Assembly: GCA_003344405.1 (NCBI GenBank)
Contig: NOWV01000001.1
Location: forward strand, 682,001-746,000
DNA length: 64,000 bases
From: Trichoplax sp. H2
Taxonomy: Eukaryota
Direction of reading: 5' to 3'
The notes below the pieces were generated by a model. It was not told the origin of the DNA. It worked only from the letters and a program-made list of their open reading frames with translations, and made no database searches. The position numbers were made by a program, and so were the translations under genes. This document shows, in pieces, positions 14,097 to 26,110 of this stretch (within the stretch, counting starts at the first letter, position 1; every line of letters begins with the position of its first letter).

Positions 14097-17000
14097 ATGG
14101 ACATGGAAGGAGAAAATTCTGAACAAGAAAAAGAAGAACAAAATATAGAGACAAGAAATTCGAACAAACAAAGTGATCAACTAAGCCCACATGATAGTAA
14201 TAATATAGATAATCATGATGCCAATAGTATTGATAGAAGACAATCATCAATAGGAGAAGAAAGTTCCCTGTCTGATAAGGTTTCTAATCTTGATGAAAAA
14301 GATCAAGCGGATGATCAAGGTGATAACGTTAAAGAAAGTAGTGATGAAAGCCCAGAAGAAAAGGCAGATGAAGAACAGAAAATAAAAAGTGTAGATGGAA
14401 ATGATGCCCTTCAGAATGGTATTAATGCCGAACAAGACGATGATAAAAATAGCCAAGAAAAAACTGATAGAGTGAATCATGGCATGACGAACGGGGATAG
14501 AGAGGAACCTACTAACGATCAGCAAAATGACCATGGGACAGATGTTAAAAATGACGATGGGCAACAAATTGGCCAACAGGATCAAACAGCAGAAGCTGAT
14601 AAACCACCGGATGGAAGTGTTCAAGTATCAAAACCTAAACGCAAGCGACGACGGAATATCTTCATTTCGTACAGTTTAGATGCACCATTTACTGAAAGAA
14701 AGTTGGTTGCAGAGACTGTTAAACAACTAAAAGAACTCGGTTTTCATGAAGATCTATGGTATGATAAAGATGAGATTGAGATAGATTCGCCATTGTGTTT
14801 TTCAATTAGGATGGAACAATCTGAGCGTTGCAAAGCTGCAGTATTATTTCTTTCGTCAAGTTATTTTCATTCACGAGCATCATTTTACGAATATAACACC
14901 TTAATTCAGCGACATCGTTTAGCAACAACACAGGCTACGCCATCTGACACCAGACCAATTAAATTATGTGTTATCATTTGCGAACCGTTTAATTTCCCGA
15001 ACGATATTAGTTATATTTCATCAGATCAAGTTATTTTGCGGTTAGATGGCAATTCTATGTCGAGATTAAGCATAGCTGAAAAGGCATCTGCTGCAATTGG
15101 GACCTTGACTAAAGTTTTAGAACCATTTTGTTCGGGTATAGCAACTCGTTTACCTACGCCACCTTCACGGCATGGCCTGTCAGACAGCTATAAAGTAACT
15201 AAATTATTAAAATGGTCAGTCGACGACGTTCAGGAGTGGCTAACAAGTTTGCAAATTCATGAACGCTATATGATGACATTTGAAGAGTATCGCATCGATG
15301 GTTACTTGCTAAGTTGTTTAACAGATGATGATCTCATCCAGCAATTCGGCATAGATAGTCGAATAACAAGGAAAAAATTACTACAAAAAATACGAGTGGA
15401 ATTAGAAAACGAAGTTAAATCGCCAAATAATTGGTATTTACGATGGCATTGGGCTAGAATACGAGATAATAGTGTTTATGTAATTTACGATCCGATGGAC
15501 AAAAAAGTTGTTCGTTCACTAGTTGAGGATTTATCGAAAAAGCATTATCAGGTATTGCATTAGTGATCTAAGTGCGTCTCATTTACGTACTACAGTAATA
15601 ACAGTTTTAATTAAATATCTTTATCATGGTTATCACTATATAGAAGTAACATTGGCCATTATACAGTAGTACAGTAATATAGTTTTTATTCTTATTCAAT
15701 GCCATAATTATTATCAGTTTATTTCTGATTGATAGCGTATACGTTTTTCTTAGAAATATTTATATCTTTAGTAATTATTATCTGCATCCCCAATTTTAGA
15801 TACTGGCCCATGATAAATTAGGGCGATCGAAGGAAGAATTTATTCGTTTTAATGGTCACCGATTAGCCGTATCCAAGCATGTTGTAATTGTATTGACAGC
15901 TACATCCGCAGCATCACCATTTGTCTATCAAGAAGTATTATTAGCCGATTGGTTGGGCAAAACACCAATCTCTATGGTTTTTCATAATTGCTATAACAAC
16001 ATGAAATTATCATTACGGTCAATACTAAATGATCGCTCTGCGGTTGATTTCCAACATACTCCGTATAATGATGCTATGGATGTCTTATTTTTCAAATTAC
16101 ATTCTGGTTCACATCTTCATGGCGTTTACTTACAGCAAGACTACATCGAACGAGTTAATGATAATATGAAAACGCTACAGTCGATAGGATCGCCAGGTAA
16201 GCTTATGATACTAGGTAATATACGTCAAATCATCACGTCAGAGGAAATATTGCTTTTACACTAAATAAATATCTGACTAATATGTGCTGATTGATTAATT
16301 AATTAAGACCTTTCCTCAACTTTATTAGAAGGTCAATCATTTACAGACAAGGATCCGGTTGTTTTTATATCGTATCAATGGGATAGCCAGTCTAAAGTAG
16401 TACTATTGAAAGAACAATTGGAAGCAAATGGTATTCCTTGTTGGATAGATAGGCCGAATATTACAATTAATAAGAATCAGATGTCCTCGCATACAGGACA
16501 TAATAGAACATCCGGTAAGAACATAAAGTTGCCTTTGTTTTTAGATTTCTTTCTGATATTGCAATGTTGAGGTATCTTTTGATTTCAGCTATTTATGTAG
16601 CCACTTACTAGAACCTATTAGACTATGTCGTTAATTTAGTATATATATATTACTTTATAATTGACAATATAACGGAGCTTAACGATGATTTCTTTTGAAC
16701 ATGAACTAGCTTTAATTAGAAATACCATACGGTAGTATTTAGAAATATTTTATGTAATCTCTTAGGATCGTGGGATACAGTCTTTTATATTATCCGAAAA
16801 ATTAAGCAGTATTTTATTTATTAAAGTCACCTACCAGCCTATTATAAAAAGTGAAAGTGATCACGATACATAGTAGAGAAGCATTTGCTATATAAGCTTA
16901 ATTTAGCATTAGCGTATTGCAAAGTACAGTATTGTTACAGTAGTGCTCAGGTATAACTCATAGTTATCTTATTATTCATGCTACGTTGCTAAACATTCAA

Positions 17001-17515
17001 TACAGTCCATAATTATGGACCATACTGTACATTTATGAGCTAGGATTCAATGTATTGCATGTATTAGTATATCTGGAACAAAAAGCAGCCTTAAATATAC
17101 TTAAAAGCCTAATAAACTCGGTTCTATTTCATGAATAGGTATGGCATCCTCTCTTTCCAATAACATGACAAATATTGTGACAGATACTATTCAAAGTGAA
17201 ATTCAAAGAGTCATGAAAAACTGCAAAGTAGTACTTTGCTGCATGACACCTAAATATACGAGATCGGATAATTTCTATAAAGATTTGGCATTAGCCGATT
17301 CTCTTTCCAAGCCAATCTTGCCTGTAATGTTACATTTTATGCCATGGCCGCCAGAAATTGCTGCACTCCATCTTCGTAAAAACCTGGCTAGCTTAGAATA
17401 TATCGATATTAGCAGTGAGAAATTATTTAGAAGAAATTTTGCTACCGTAATTAACCAAATTCAGCGCCACCAATCACAAACTATGGCGGTACCAAAACTG
17501 CCACCACTGAAATAA
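14097..17515 (+). CDS. Uncharacterised TIR-SAM-TIR-TIR protein (~804 aa) with acidic disordered N-terminus
   Basis: Exons 14097-15551, 15800-16196, 16329-16514 and 17139-17515 (phases 0,1,1; 2415 nt). TIR1: RNIFISYS...LWYDKDEI...CKAAVLFLSSSYFHSRASFYEY. SAM: WSVDDVQEWL...YMMTFEEYRIDGYLLSCLTDDDLIQQFGI...RKKLLQKI. TIR2: VYVIYD...SKHVVIVLTATSAASPFVYQEVLLADWLGKTPISMV. TIR3: VFISYQWDSQ...LEANGIPCWID...CKVVLCCMTPKYTRSDNFYKDLALADSLSKPILPVML. Confidence 0.88.
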
Positions 17516-18776
17516 TGCAGTGCGAATTTTAAATGTATGAATTTTTCTAATAATTATTTTGAATACACATTATGTTCGACATTATTTTATTTCTATATAA
17601 AGACTTTAATGTATACTGATTACTTGTATCAGAAACTATCAAGAGAGTAGCTCATACTAATATCTAAGCTAATTTGCTGAAACTTAGTTATAAATTTTAT
17701 ATTGGAATATGGCGGAAAATAGCTAATTCCGGATTTAAAAATTAAAGTCAATATTGCATTATAATTTTTTTGATAATACTAGTAATGCATAATAGAAATT
17801 TTGAGAACACTTTTTGTATAGTGAAATCCAAGTTATGTTTTAACATTTCAAGTACTAAAATATGCATATCTTACTCGAAGAGATTATTATTGGAGATTGC
17901 TTAGACACTACCATATGTATTAACCTCATCCCAAGCTTAAAAATAACAATTTAATATTACACTACATTGTATATAAATTATTTTTAATCATGTTGCTACA
18001 TTAAATTTATAATATTTCAAGCGCTGTATAATAAACTAGTACTAAACTTAGTAAATGCACTGAATCAGATAGGGTTTATTTTGCTTCGACGTTAGTATTG
18101 AGAAACAGGAAAATAAAATGGTTACAGCTCTCTACAAGTGTTTAATCATATGACATTGCTATTTAATGTGTCGCATACATGTATTAATGGAAGCATGAAA
18201 TTCCTTTGGGCTTCACTTAGAGCGTTAGCTTAGGACTGTACATTTACCAGTTATAATATTACTTGATCACTCTTTTTGCATTTTTATCTTAAATCCTGTT
18301 ACTTATGTATGAATCTATGATTTATTTATCATTAAGATTATTAGTTTATAGTATTAGATTTATAGCTTATTGATTCCCTTTAGCAAATGCTATATTAAGT
18401 TTAGTTTTTCTTCTACACTATCTACTAGTATCAATAATTTAGAATATTTGTCGAATGCTAAAATGTTCACTGAATTTCTAACATGACTCTTTAAGAACCA
18501 ATCACAATTAAGTAGGCTAAATTTCTCCGAATGCTTTAATTTTATACCATCAACAATTTTATATTTTAGTTGAAAAAGAGCGTTTTATTGAACGGAATGA
18601 TAGATACATACAGTTATATTAATAGATTTGTGTATTTGCTACACTTCCTTTAAGATATCTATTTAGTACAATTTAAATTAGGCTTAGACAATATAGAATC
18701 CTATGATACATTAATTATAATCCATAGAGTACTGTATCTTAGCTTCATTTAAAAATGAAGTACGCGTAGGTTGTAC

Positions 18777-20881
18777 TTAAAGATTGTAGGGATCGTAGGT
18801 AACCCAATGAGCGGTATCTCGTTTTGATTTTGTTGGTCCACTCTTAGTGAAAATGGATTTAAAAGTTTTCGACTTTGGTTTTAAGTCATTCTTATCCATG
18901 ATATCTTTTGTAGCACTAGCAGCACCATAAATAACAGCGTCGTTAACGTTACTATTGATTTTTCGAACTTTAGGCGTGATTTTATCGGAATTCGAAGGAG
19001 TTTTAGTAATGGGCTTATATAACGAGGTTGGGTCAACTTCCTGAATTTTTCGTTTCTTCAACTAATGAAAATATAGATGGCTAGATTAGTTGAATTACTT
19101 AATTCCATGCAACAGCTTCTATATATTGCAATGGATGTAGATAACATCAAAGTATCATTATGATTAATTTAAGATATGCAGTATAAAAATTTTTTACCTT
19201 TTCTTTTTTAGCAGCTAATCGTCTCTCTTTCATCTTGCCATGAAGCTTTTCGACATCATTTTTGTCTCCATTAATGACAATAATATCATTATCATCGTAT
19301 TCTTTGTTACACTATCCATAATAGAAAATTAAAGCAAGAAAGTAGTCTTTCGCTTAGAAATAAGGATCACAAGGTGTTACAATGATAAATAATAGATATG
19401 AATGTAGCCATCAGTGTTACAATATGTATTACCGATGGACACTTTTTAATTGGAATTTCTTTTAAGGCACGTTCTGATAAAACACAGCCACAATTCCATA
19501 GAAAGCAAAATCTGAATAAAATCAAATTAATTTAAAAGGCGCAAAATTAGCATTATATTAAGTATTTTTAATAATACAGTAATTTATATATTTAATACCG
19601 ATATCTGCCATTCATTTCAAACCCAACTACCGGACAGATGAACTCTGAATCTTGATGATCATAATACGAATCGGCTACCCAACGCTTAGAATCATTCTCG
19701 CTATAAGCTGGATTGATTGTTAGCTTTAATTCTTTTACATCCTAAGGATTATATAAATTGCAATGCAATGGCTTTAATTCACGAGTTCATCATGGGTGAC
19801 CAAATACAATATACTGTAGGTGCGTATACATTGTAGATATCGTTTAGAATTGAGATTGATTAGGTGTATATCAGTGTACGTAAGTATAGTATATGTGCTA
19901 AAAATTTAACAATTTTATAAATCATCGCATAGGAACAAACCTTTAAACCACGAATGTGAGGGCAGTTATCAGAACTTTCTTTATCTAGTAGGTATTCAAT
20001 AATGGCGTCTTTGTTATACAATCTGTAATTAAAATGGAGTTATCATGACCATTTGGGTTTCATAAATAGGCTTGATACCAACAAGCAACAGCACATATAC
20101 CCAGCAATACGTAGAGTATATCGTAAACATACGATTTACTGAAGAGTCATTATCATCACGGTAGAACAGCGGTAACTAGTTTAAATTGCCTATTCTTATT
20201 ATGCTACAGAAATGTTTACTAGTGTATTTGTACCGGCTAGCTATATTCTGATTGCGATATATGAAATAAACCGAAGATACTATAATAACAAAACAGTGAT
20301 ATTTATGCTTTGCACTTCGGGTTCAACCCGATTTGTACTGGAGTTCGCTGCAACAATGTAATACGGCATAAATACAGAGGTACAATTTGATAAGGGATCA
20401 GTTTGTTGTAAACTAAGCCAAGAGTATTTTAGAATTTCATTAACTTCCACGATAATTTTGTAATGATAGTCTCCAGTACGCATTGCATTGCAAGATTCTA
20501 CAAAACTTGTATATGTATGCATCTAGTTGGCAATGCGTTAGCGTATATAGCATACTTTCCAAGCTCACATCCAACCATTGGCAGCTGCAAGTGTTGCTGA
20601 GTGATTGTACAATGACGCCATCGTGCTTGTAGCTCGTAGTCTTTCTCAACCTAGAGCCCATTTTTATCGCCATTAGTACGTTATAAATTAATTAATCATT
20701 CAGTCAAGGTCTCGTCTACAGTAGATGTACAATCTCGCTTACAGTATACCAAACTGGTAAGACACTATATCTTAATCCAAGTACGTTATGGATAAGTAAG
20801 AGGCTATCCTACCTTTTCGGGTTTCTTTTTAGTTTTCACCAGTTCACCTCGACGTGGTATGGAGCCACCATCATTTCCCAT
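18777..20881 (-). CDS. RTF2: Replication termination factor 2 (RTF2/RTFDC1)
   Basis: MGNDGGSIPRRGELVKTKKKPEK / ...RWRHCTITQQHLQLPMVGCELG / LYNKDAIIEYLLDK...HIRGLK / ...FICPVVGFEMNGRY / FCFLWNCGCVLSERALKEI..., ending AHWVTYDPYNL*. Confidence 0.93.
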
Positions 20882-21139
20882 CTTGTTTCCACCAAGCTTT
20901 AAGTCTGCTAAAGATGCAGTTAGGAAAATAGGAAGAAATAAAATGATAGAAATTGGCGTACTAATGATAAGTTCTAAACAGTAATATAATAACGGGCATA
21001 CAGAACAGTATAGCGTGGAATCGTATTACCGTGCAGTACAGTACAGTACAGTGTACAGTACGTCACATACTGTACAATACAGTAGTATGTACTGTAGTAA
21101 CTCGTAACCTCGTTTGCAAATGTCAATTACAGTAATCTC

Positions 21140-21205
21140 GTTCCGTTCCATATCGTACCGTTCCATATCGCACCGTTCCGTACCGCATTGTTCCATACCG
21201 CACTG
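21140..21205. repeat. Short ~15-bp tandem repeat (gttccatatcgYacc-like, ~4 copies)
   Basis: gttccatatcgtacc gttccatatcgcacc gttccgtaccgcatt gttccataccgcact. Confidence 0.75.
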
Positions 21206-21328
21206 CAAATTGCAATGCACGCTCTAAAAGCTGTAATCACAGTTCTGTACATACTATACTGTACTGGAGCGTGGGTCTAAAGCTAGTGAGTACTTACTTA
21301 CTGAGTAGTCCAGTACTATACAGTGTAC

Positions 21329-21657
21329 TGTACCATCGACTGCAGTACTACACTAGAAGAAGACTTGGACTTGACCTGACTGTCAGGCCTAAGTCGGTCT
21401 GTCTGTCTTGGACTGATTAGTGATCACTCGCATCGCATCGCACGGAAGCAGATTCTACAGTATCTACTGTACAGTGTACTGTACAGTGTACAGTACAGTA
21501 CTAGAAGAAGACTTGGACTTGACCTGACTGTACCATCGACTGCAGTTACTAGAAGAAGACTTGGACTTGACCTGACTGTCAGGACTAAGTCAGTCTGTCT
21601 GTCTTGGACTGATCACTGATCATTTAATCGTATCGTACGAAAGCAGAGTGTACAGTA
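21329..21657. repeat. Direct repeat of a ~125-bp fold-back element (two full copies plus one partial)
   Basis: ctagaagaagacttggacttgacctgactgt occurs at ~21354, 21501 and 21549. Copies 1 and 3 extend from taccatcgactgcag through gtcagg.ctaagtc.gtctgtctgtcttggactgat to aagcaga. Confidence 0.85.
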
Positions 21658-21894
21658 TAGTACTGTACTCTAGATATCTACTGTATTCGTACTGTACAGT
21701 ACTGTACTGTAGATAGTATCGTCAAGAAAAAGGTAAACAATCTGCGGTGTCGATTCCGACGACCATCGGAAAATCATCTTCATATAAACAAGTTATCTGT
21801 GAGATTTTATTAAGCATCAAGGGCGCTGATGTGCTGCACCAAGAGGTATTTAGAGGCCGATAAGGTACGAATTCAATGGACTTGAATAAATGAA

Positions 21895-23541
21895 ATGGCT
21901 AAAATTCAAGCAACCCTCGCTATATTTAAACCAGATATAATGTTACATCCATCACGAGTTCAGGTACTACGTTGATCGTCTAGCCGATTCATGAATTACT
22001 CTAGAAATAAATAAATAATACATTAATATACCACCAGTATAATATACTGTACGTGCACAACGAATGAAAAAGGACTACCCGCGGTAGTTTCTGTCTTTCT
22101 GATTAGTTTATGAATCTCCTGTAATCGCTGATGTGATGTATATTATTATTGCTTAGAACAAGTTGATTCAACTTCGCTAGTTGAGATGGTGAATAAATGA
22201 TTGCTTGCTTTTGTCTCGCGCTTTGAACTTTCCTTAGCTATTGCTCTAGCATCTAGTAAATAATGATCAACTTGGCACGCTACTGTAATTTGTTTTTTAT
22301 CACGAAACGAATACTGCATACCACTGTTATTGTACTAGTACGTACATACACTCGTACTCTGCTTTTGCTTAGTACAAATCGTATTCACTATCATCTTCAA
22401 TAAATTTTCAATCTTTTCACATCGCCTTGCACTCGACCATGCATGGATCGTGCCGTGCCTATTTCTGGTGACAATAGGTATGACTCGTGTCTGAAGTTAT
22501 ACTGTACGTATACCACTGAACTAAAATCTCCTGTTACAATATCGATATTTGATATAGAAAATTCAGCAGCTGATAGAAAAGAATGGAATAAAAGTTTTTC
22601 GAAAAAAACCTTTAACTATGGACGTAAATACAGCTGAAAAGTTTTACGGTGAACACCAAGGTAATCGCCAATAACGTCTACCTGCTGTACGTTTATGCTA
22701 CCAATATTGTATCTTCACGAAACTATATCATTGGACAAAATTTACAATTACCTTCCAGCCCTACATTATATAATTTAAACCGTAAATCAACTTATCTGTA
22801 TGGTTGATGTTGCACTTTAGGTAAATTCTTTTACCCTCGTTTAGTGAACCTAATGACAGGGTAAGAACAAGTAAATATTTCATAAATACATTTGTGCATA
22901 TTTTTTTGCGGTTAGTGATGTTTCGTAAATATTGTTCCTAGAATGAAGTATTAAACTGTAAATATCCTCAATATCATTAGTTTATAAGCGCTGCTGTTAA
23001 TATGCCATAAATTTCTTGCATTTATTAGTACAATCTTTCTATTATCAATTGTACTATGAATCTTATGATTATTTGAATTATTTTATCACTTTATGATCTT
23101 GGTTTCAAGTGGACCAGCAACTATTGCCATTTTAGTTGGTAATAATGCAATTACTCATTGGAGAGATTTAATTGGACCTTCACGTTCTCATCGGTAATTT
23201 CCATACTTTTTATCTGCTATGTTATTGTATTACATACATACTTTTTACATTGATTGTACGTTATTCATTCATTTAACGTCAAATCTGTTAGAGCGAGAAG
23301 TAGTCACCCATCTACTATTCGAGCTATTTATGGCTTAACGGATACAAGAAATGCCGTTCATGGATCAGGTCAGTCATCAGACCCATAATTCGCACTTCTT
23401 TTTCGCCTTTATAAAATATAATTAATATTCATAATTATATTAATAAAATTTTTAGATTCAGTAGAGTCGGCTGCTAGAGAAATCCAATTTTTCTTTCCTG
23501 AGCTCGATTATGACGATTGTGTTAAACAGTGTAAAACGTAA
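21895..23541 (+). CDS. NME6: Nucleoside diphosphate kinase 6-like (6 exons)
   Basis: MAKIQATLAIFKPD / ...AEKFYGEHQ / GKFFYPRLVNLMTG / GP...AITHWRDLIGPSRSHR / AR...PSTIRAIYGLTDTRNAVHGS / DSVESAAREIQFFFPE...*. GLTDTRN-x-x-HGSD is NME6-type and includes the catalytic His. Confidence 0.92.
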
Positions 23542-24688
23542 AGCCTAGCCCTGAAGACTATTCCTAAAAGCTAACTATTAGTGCTGATTGTGTTAGGTGT
23601 AAACTTCAAGTATGCATATTAATTTACATGTACTAGTATTATTAATTATAAGTTATTATTCTCTCGTTTTCCGTTTTAATAAGCGTTATCCATTTATTAT
23701 TATTTCTAATAGTAACTCATGCAAAGAGTACTTCTATTACTACGTATAGATGCTTTCTAAGAAATTGTTGCGAGCTCTGAAAAAAGACAACGCAATATTC
23801 ATATACAGATTATTTGATAGCAATATCGATGGAACCTATTCTGTTACTTGCAATAATTTGATTTGCTGCAGCTGATGTACCTGATCTATAGCTAAAATTA
23901 GGTGATTTTATTTCGTTTGTTTGCAGTTAGACTGCCTCAAAATGTATTACACACAAGTAATTCTATTCTAGGTAAACGGAAGAGATGACAATATTTTATA
24001 ACTATTATTTTTATGAAAAATGACGACAATTAAAATTCTATGTTACTGGCCTAAATATTAGGCTATACGCTTTAAGCTTGGTGCACCCTTGAAATGAACA
24101 AGTACCAATTTATGCACTAAATTAATATTATTAAGTATCGTAATTTTTGACATTAATTATATAATTATTGAGGGTGTTTTGAATTAATAGTGCGAAATCA
24201 AATGCGTATATACTCATATTTAGACTTGCTATTAGAACTATAAAACCAATATGATAATTGCCAGATCTAAAGGTCGCCATGCAACCTTTCCACCGAGAAA
24301 AACTTCAGTAAATAAACAATGTCATCCACTAGAATCGATTCCTTGCATAATTAATTATCACCTGAAATAGAGAAAACTTATTATTTTACTGTGCTTTGTC
24401 TTTTCGGCTGTCTAAAGATTAATTCTCCAGCTGTGATAGTATGTTATATAATAGAGTTAGCTATTAGAGATAGAATAAGTATGTTTGCGAAATGACATTC
24501 TATCCTGGTACTGAAATATCTACCAGTATGTCTATTAATAGCAATATACATTACCTTACAATAGTAGGCAGTGCAGTATATTAATCACTGTTAAAGAAGC
24601 TAATATTTCAGTATCCACGAGAGCGAGGTACGAGAAAGGAGCATATTCGCGTATAAAGGCCTAAGGTTTACAAATCATCACGTCAACT

Positions 24689-26110
24689 ATGTCAAAATCA
24701 GTTATACGAAAAATCATTAAAACTGATACAGTTCCACCACCGGTTGGTCCTTACAAGTAGGTTTTCAAGACTTAATATGGTGTATACTGTACAGGAAGGG
24801 CCTATGCAATATTTTATTGCCGTATCATGAATGACAAGCGTTATATGTAGATATTTAGACAAAACTAGTATGAAGAATTAGCTGATCATAGTGAGTGGCA
24901 GCAATATTTTAATACTATGGATTGTGTAGTTAGACTTACTGAATCGGCTACCGAGCATACGTACTTAACTGATACCATACTTAATTTTTGATTATAGCCA
25001 AGCGGTTATCTGCGACAACGTTATGTACATTTCAGGACAGCTAGGTGTAGATGCCAAGGTTGGAATTTTAAGAAATTTAATAGCATCTGAAGTTATTTTT
25101 TACATATTGATTGTAGCTATTTCTCTGATATTAGACTAATAAGTTTGCGAGTGACAATGTTGAAGATCAAGCCAATCAGGTAAATAAATTTTACTTAGCT
25201 TTAAATAATATCACTGTAAAGCTATAGCATTGTTTTAAATCTGTAATCTTATAGTATGAGTTCAAATCTATTTAGGCCTTGCTAAACATTGGAGGTATTC
25301 TACGCGCTGCTGGAATTACTTATAATAATGGTTAGCTTCTAAGAATAAATTTTAACTAAAATAAGTTTAAAGTAGGTCATCGATAATATAATTTACATTT
25401 AACGACAATAATGTAAAAAATCAATATTTCTCAGTGGCTTTGATAAATTGAAATTTATTGCGAACTAATCCTACTTTATGTCCTTTCGTAGTTGTAAAAG
25501 TTACCGTGCTGCTTACCAATATGGATGATTTCGCTACAGTTAATGGGATTTATACTAAATGTATGTATGCTTTCATCAATGATAGTACTGCCTGTTAACA
25601 TTTATTCTACGATATAATTACCAGATTTCAGCTGTTAATATTTACCTTTCTCTATATTGAACCAAATACCGTTCATTAATAGTTAAAGATAGTATAGTAG
25701 TCTTTTCAAATACGTTTATCATGTATGTAAGGTAAATTCTAACTATAAAATATCACAGGATCAAATTGTTATAGGATATTTATAAGCAGATACGAGATTA
25801 GTAGAAAATAATAAACTGCTGCAATATATAATTTTACTAATGGAGCTAGTGTTATGTTTTAACATTTAACTAGTTTTTAAAAGTAATTATCCAGCTAGAG
25901 TGGCATATCAAGTTTCCAAACTCCCCAAAGTAAGAGAAAATTTGAAACACATTCATTTTCTTACGTATCGTATTATGATATAAACTTCGGCCATAGGGTA
26001 ACTAACCATCGAATCATTATCATCATTTTTAACAGGGTGCAAAAGTTGAAATGGAAGCAATAGCAAGCACTGCAGAGATTGTGGACGATCAAGTTAAAGC
26101 TAAGCTTTAA
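24689..26110 (+). CDS. RIDA: RidA/YjgF/UK114 enamine-imine deaminase, copy 1, ending in PTS1 tripeptide AKL
   Basis: 7 exons: MSKSVIRKIIKTDTVPPPVGPYN/QAVICDNVMYISGQLGVDAK/TNKFASDNVEDQANQ/ALLNIGGILRAAGITYNN/VVKVTVLLTNMDDFATVNGIYTK/FFKSNYPARVAYQVSKLPK/GAKVEMEAIASTAEIVDDQVKAKL*. Confidence 0.94.

Larger units (their letters stand above)
21030..21720. promoter_or_regulatory. Bidirectional RTF2/NME6 promoter region, dense in ACAGT/ACTGT motifs
   Basis: About 1 kb separates the divergent ATGs (20881 and 21895). It contains gcagtacagtacagtacagtgtacagtac, tactgtacagtgtactgtacagtgtacagtacagtac and gtactgtacagtactgtactgtag. Confidence 0.55.

Noticed and set aside
14247-14624. Hydrophobic 125-aa minus-strand ORF resembling a membrane protein
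   Set aside because: Antisense shadow of the acidic N-terminus of the TIR gene.
20317-20331. tRNA T-arm/B-box-like hairpin tcgggttcaacccga in an RTF2 intron
   Set aside because: Loop geometry is wrong and there is no D-arm, anticodon arm or acceptor stem.
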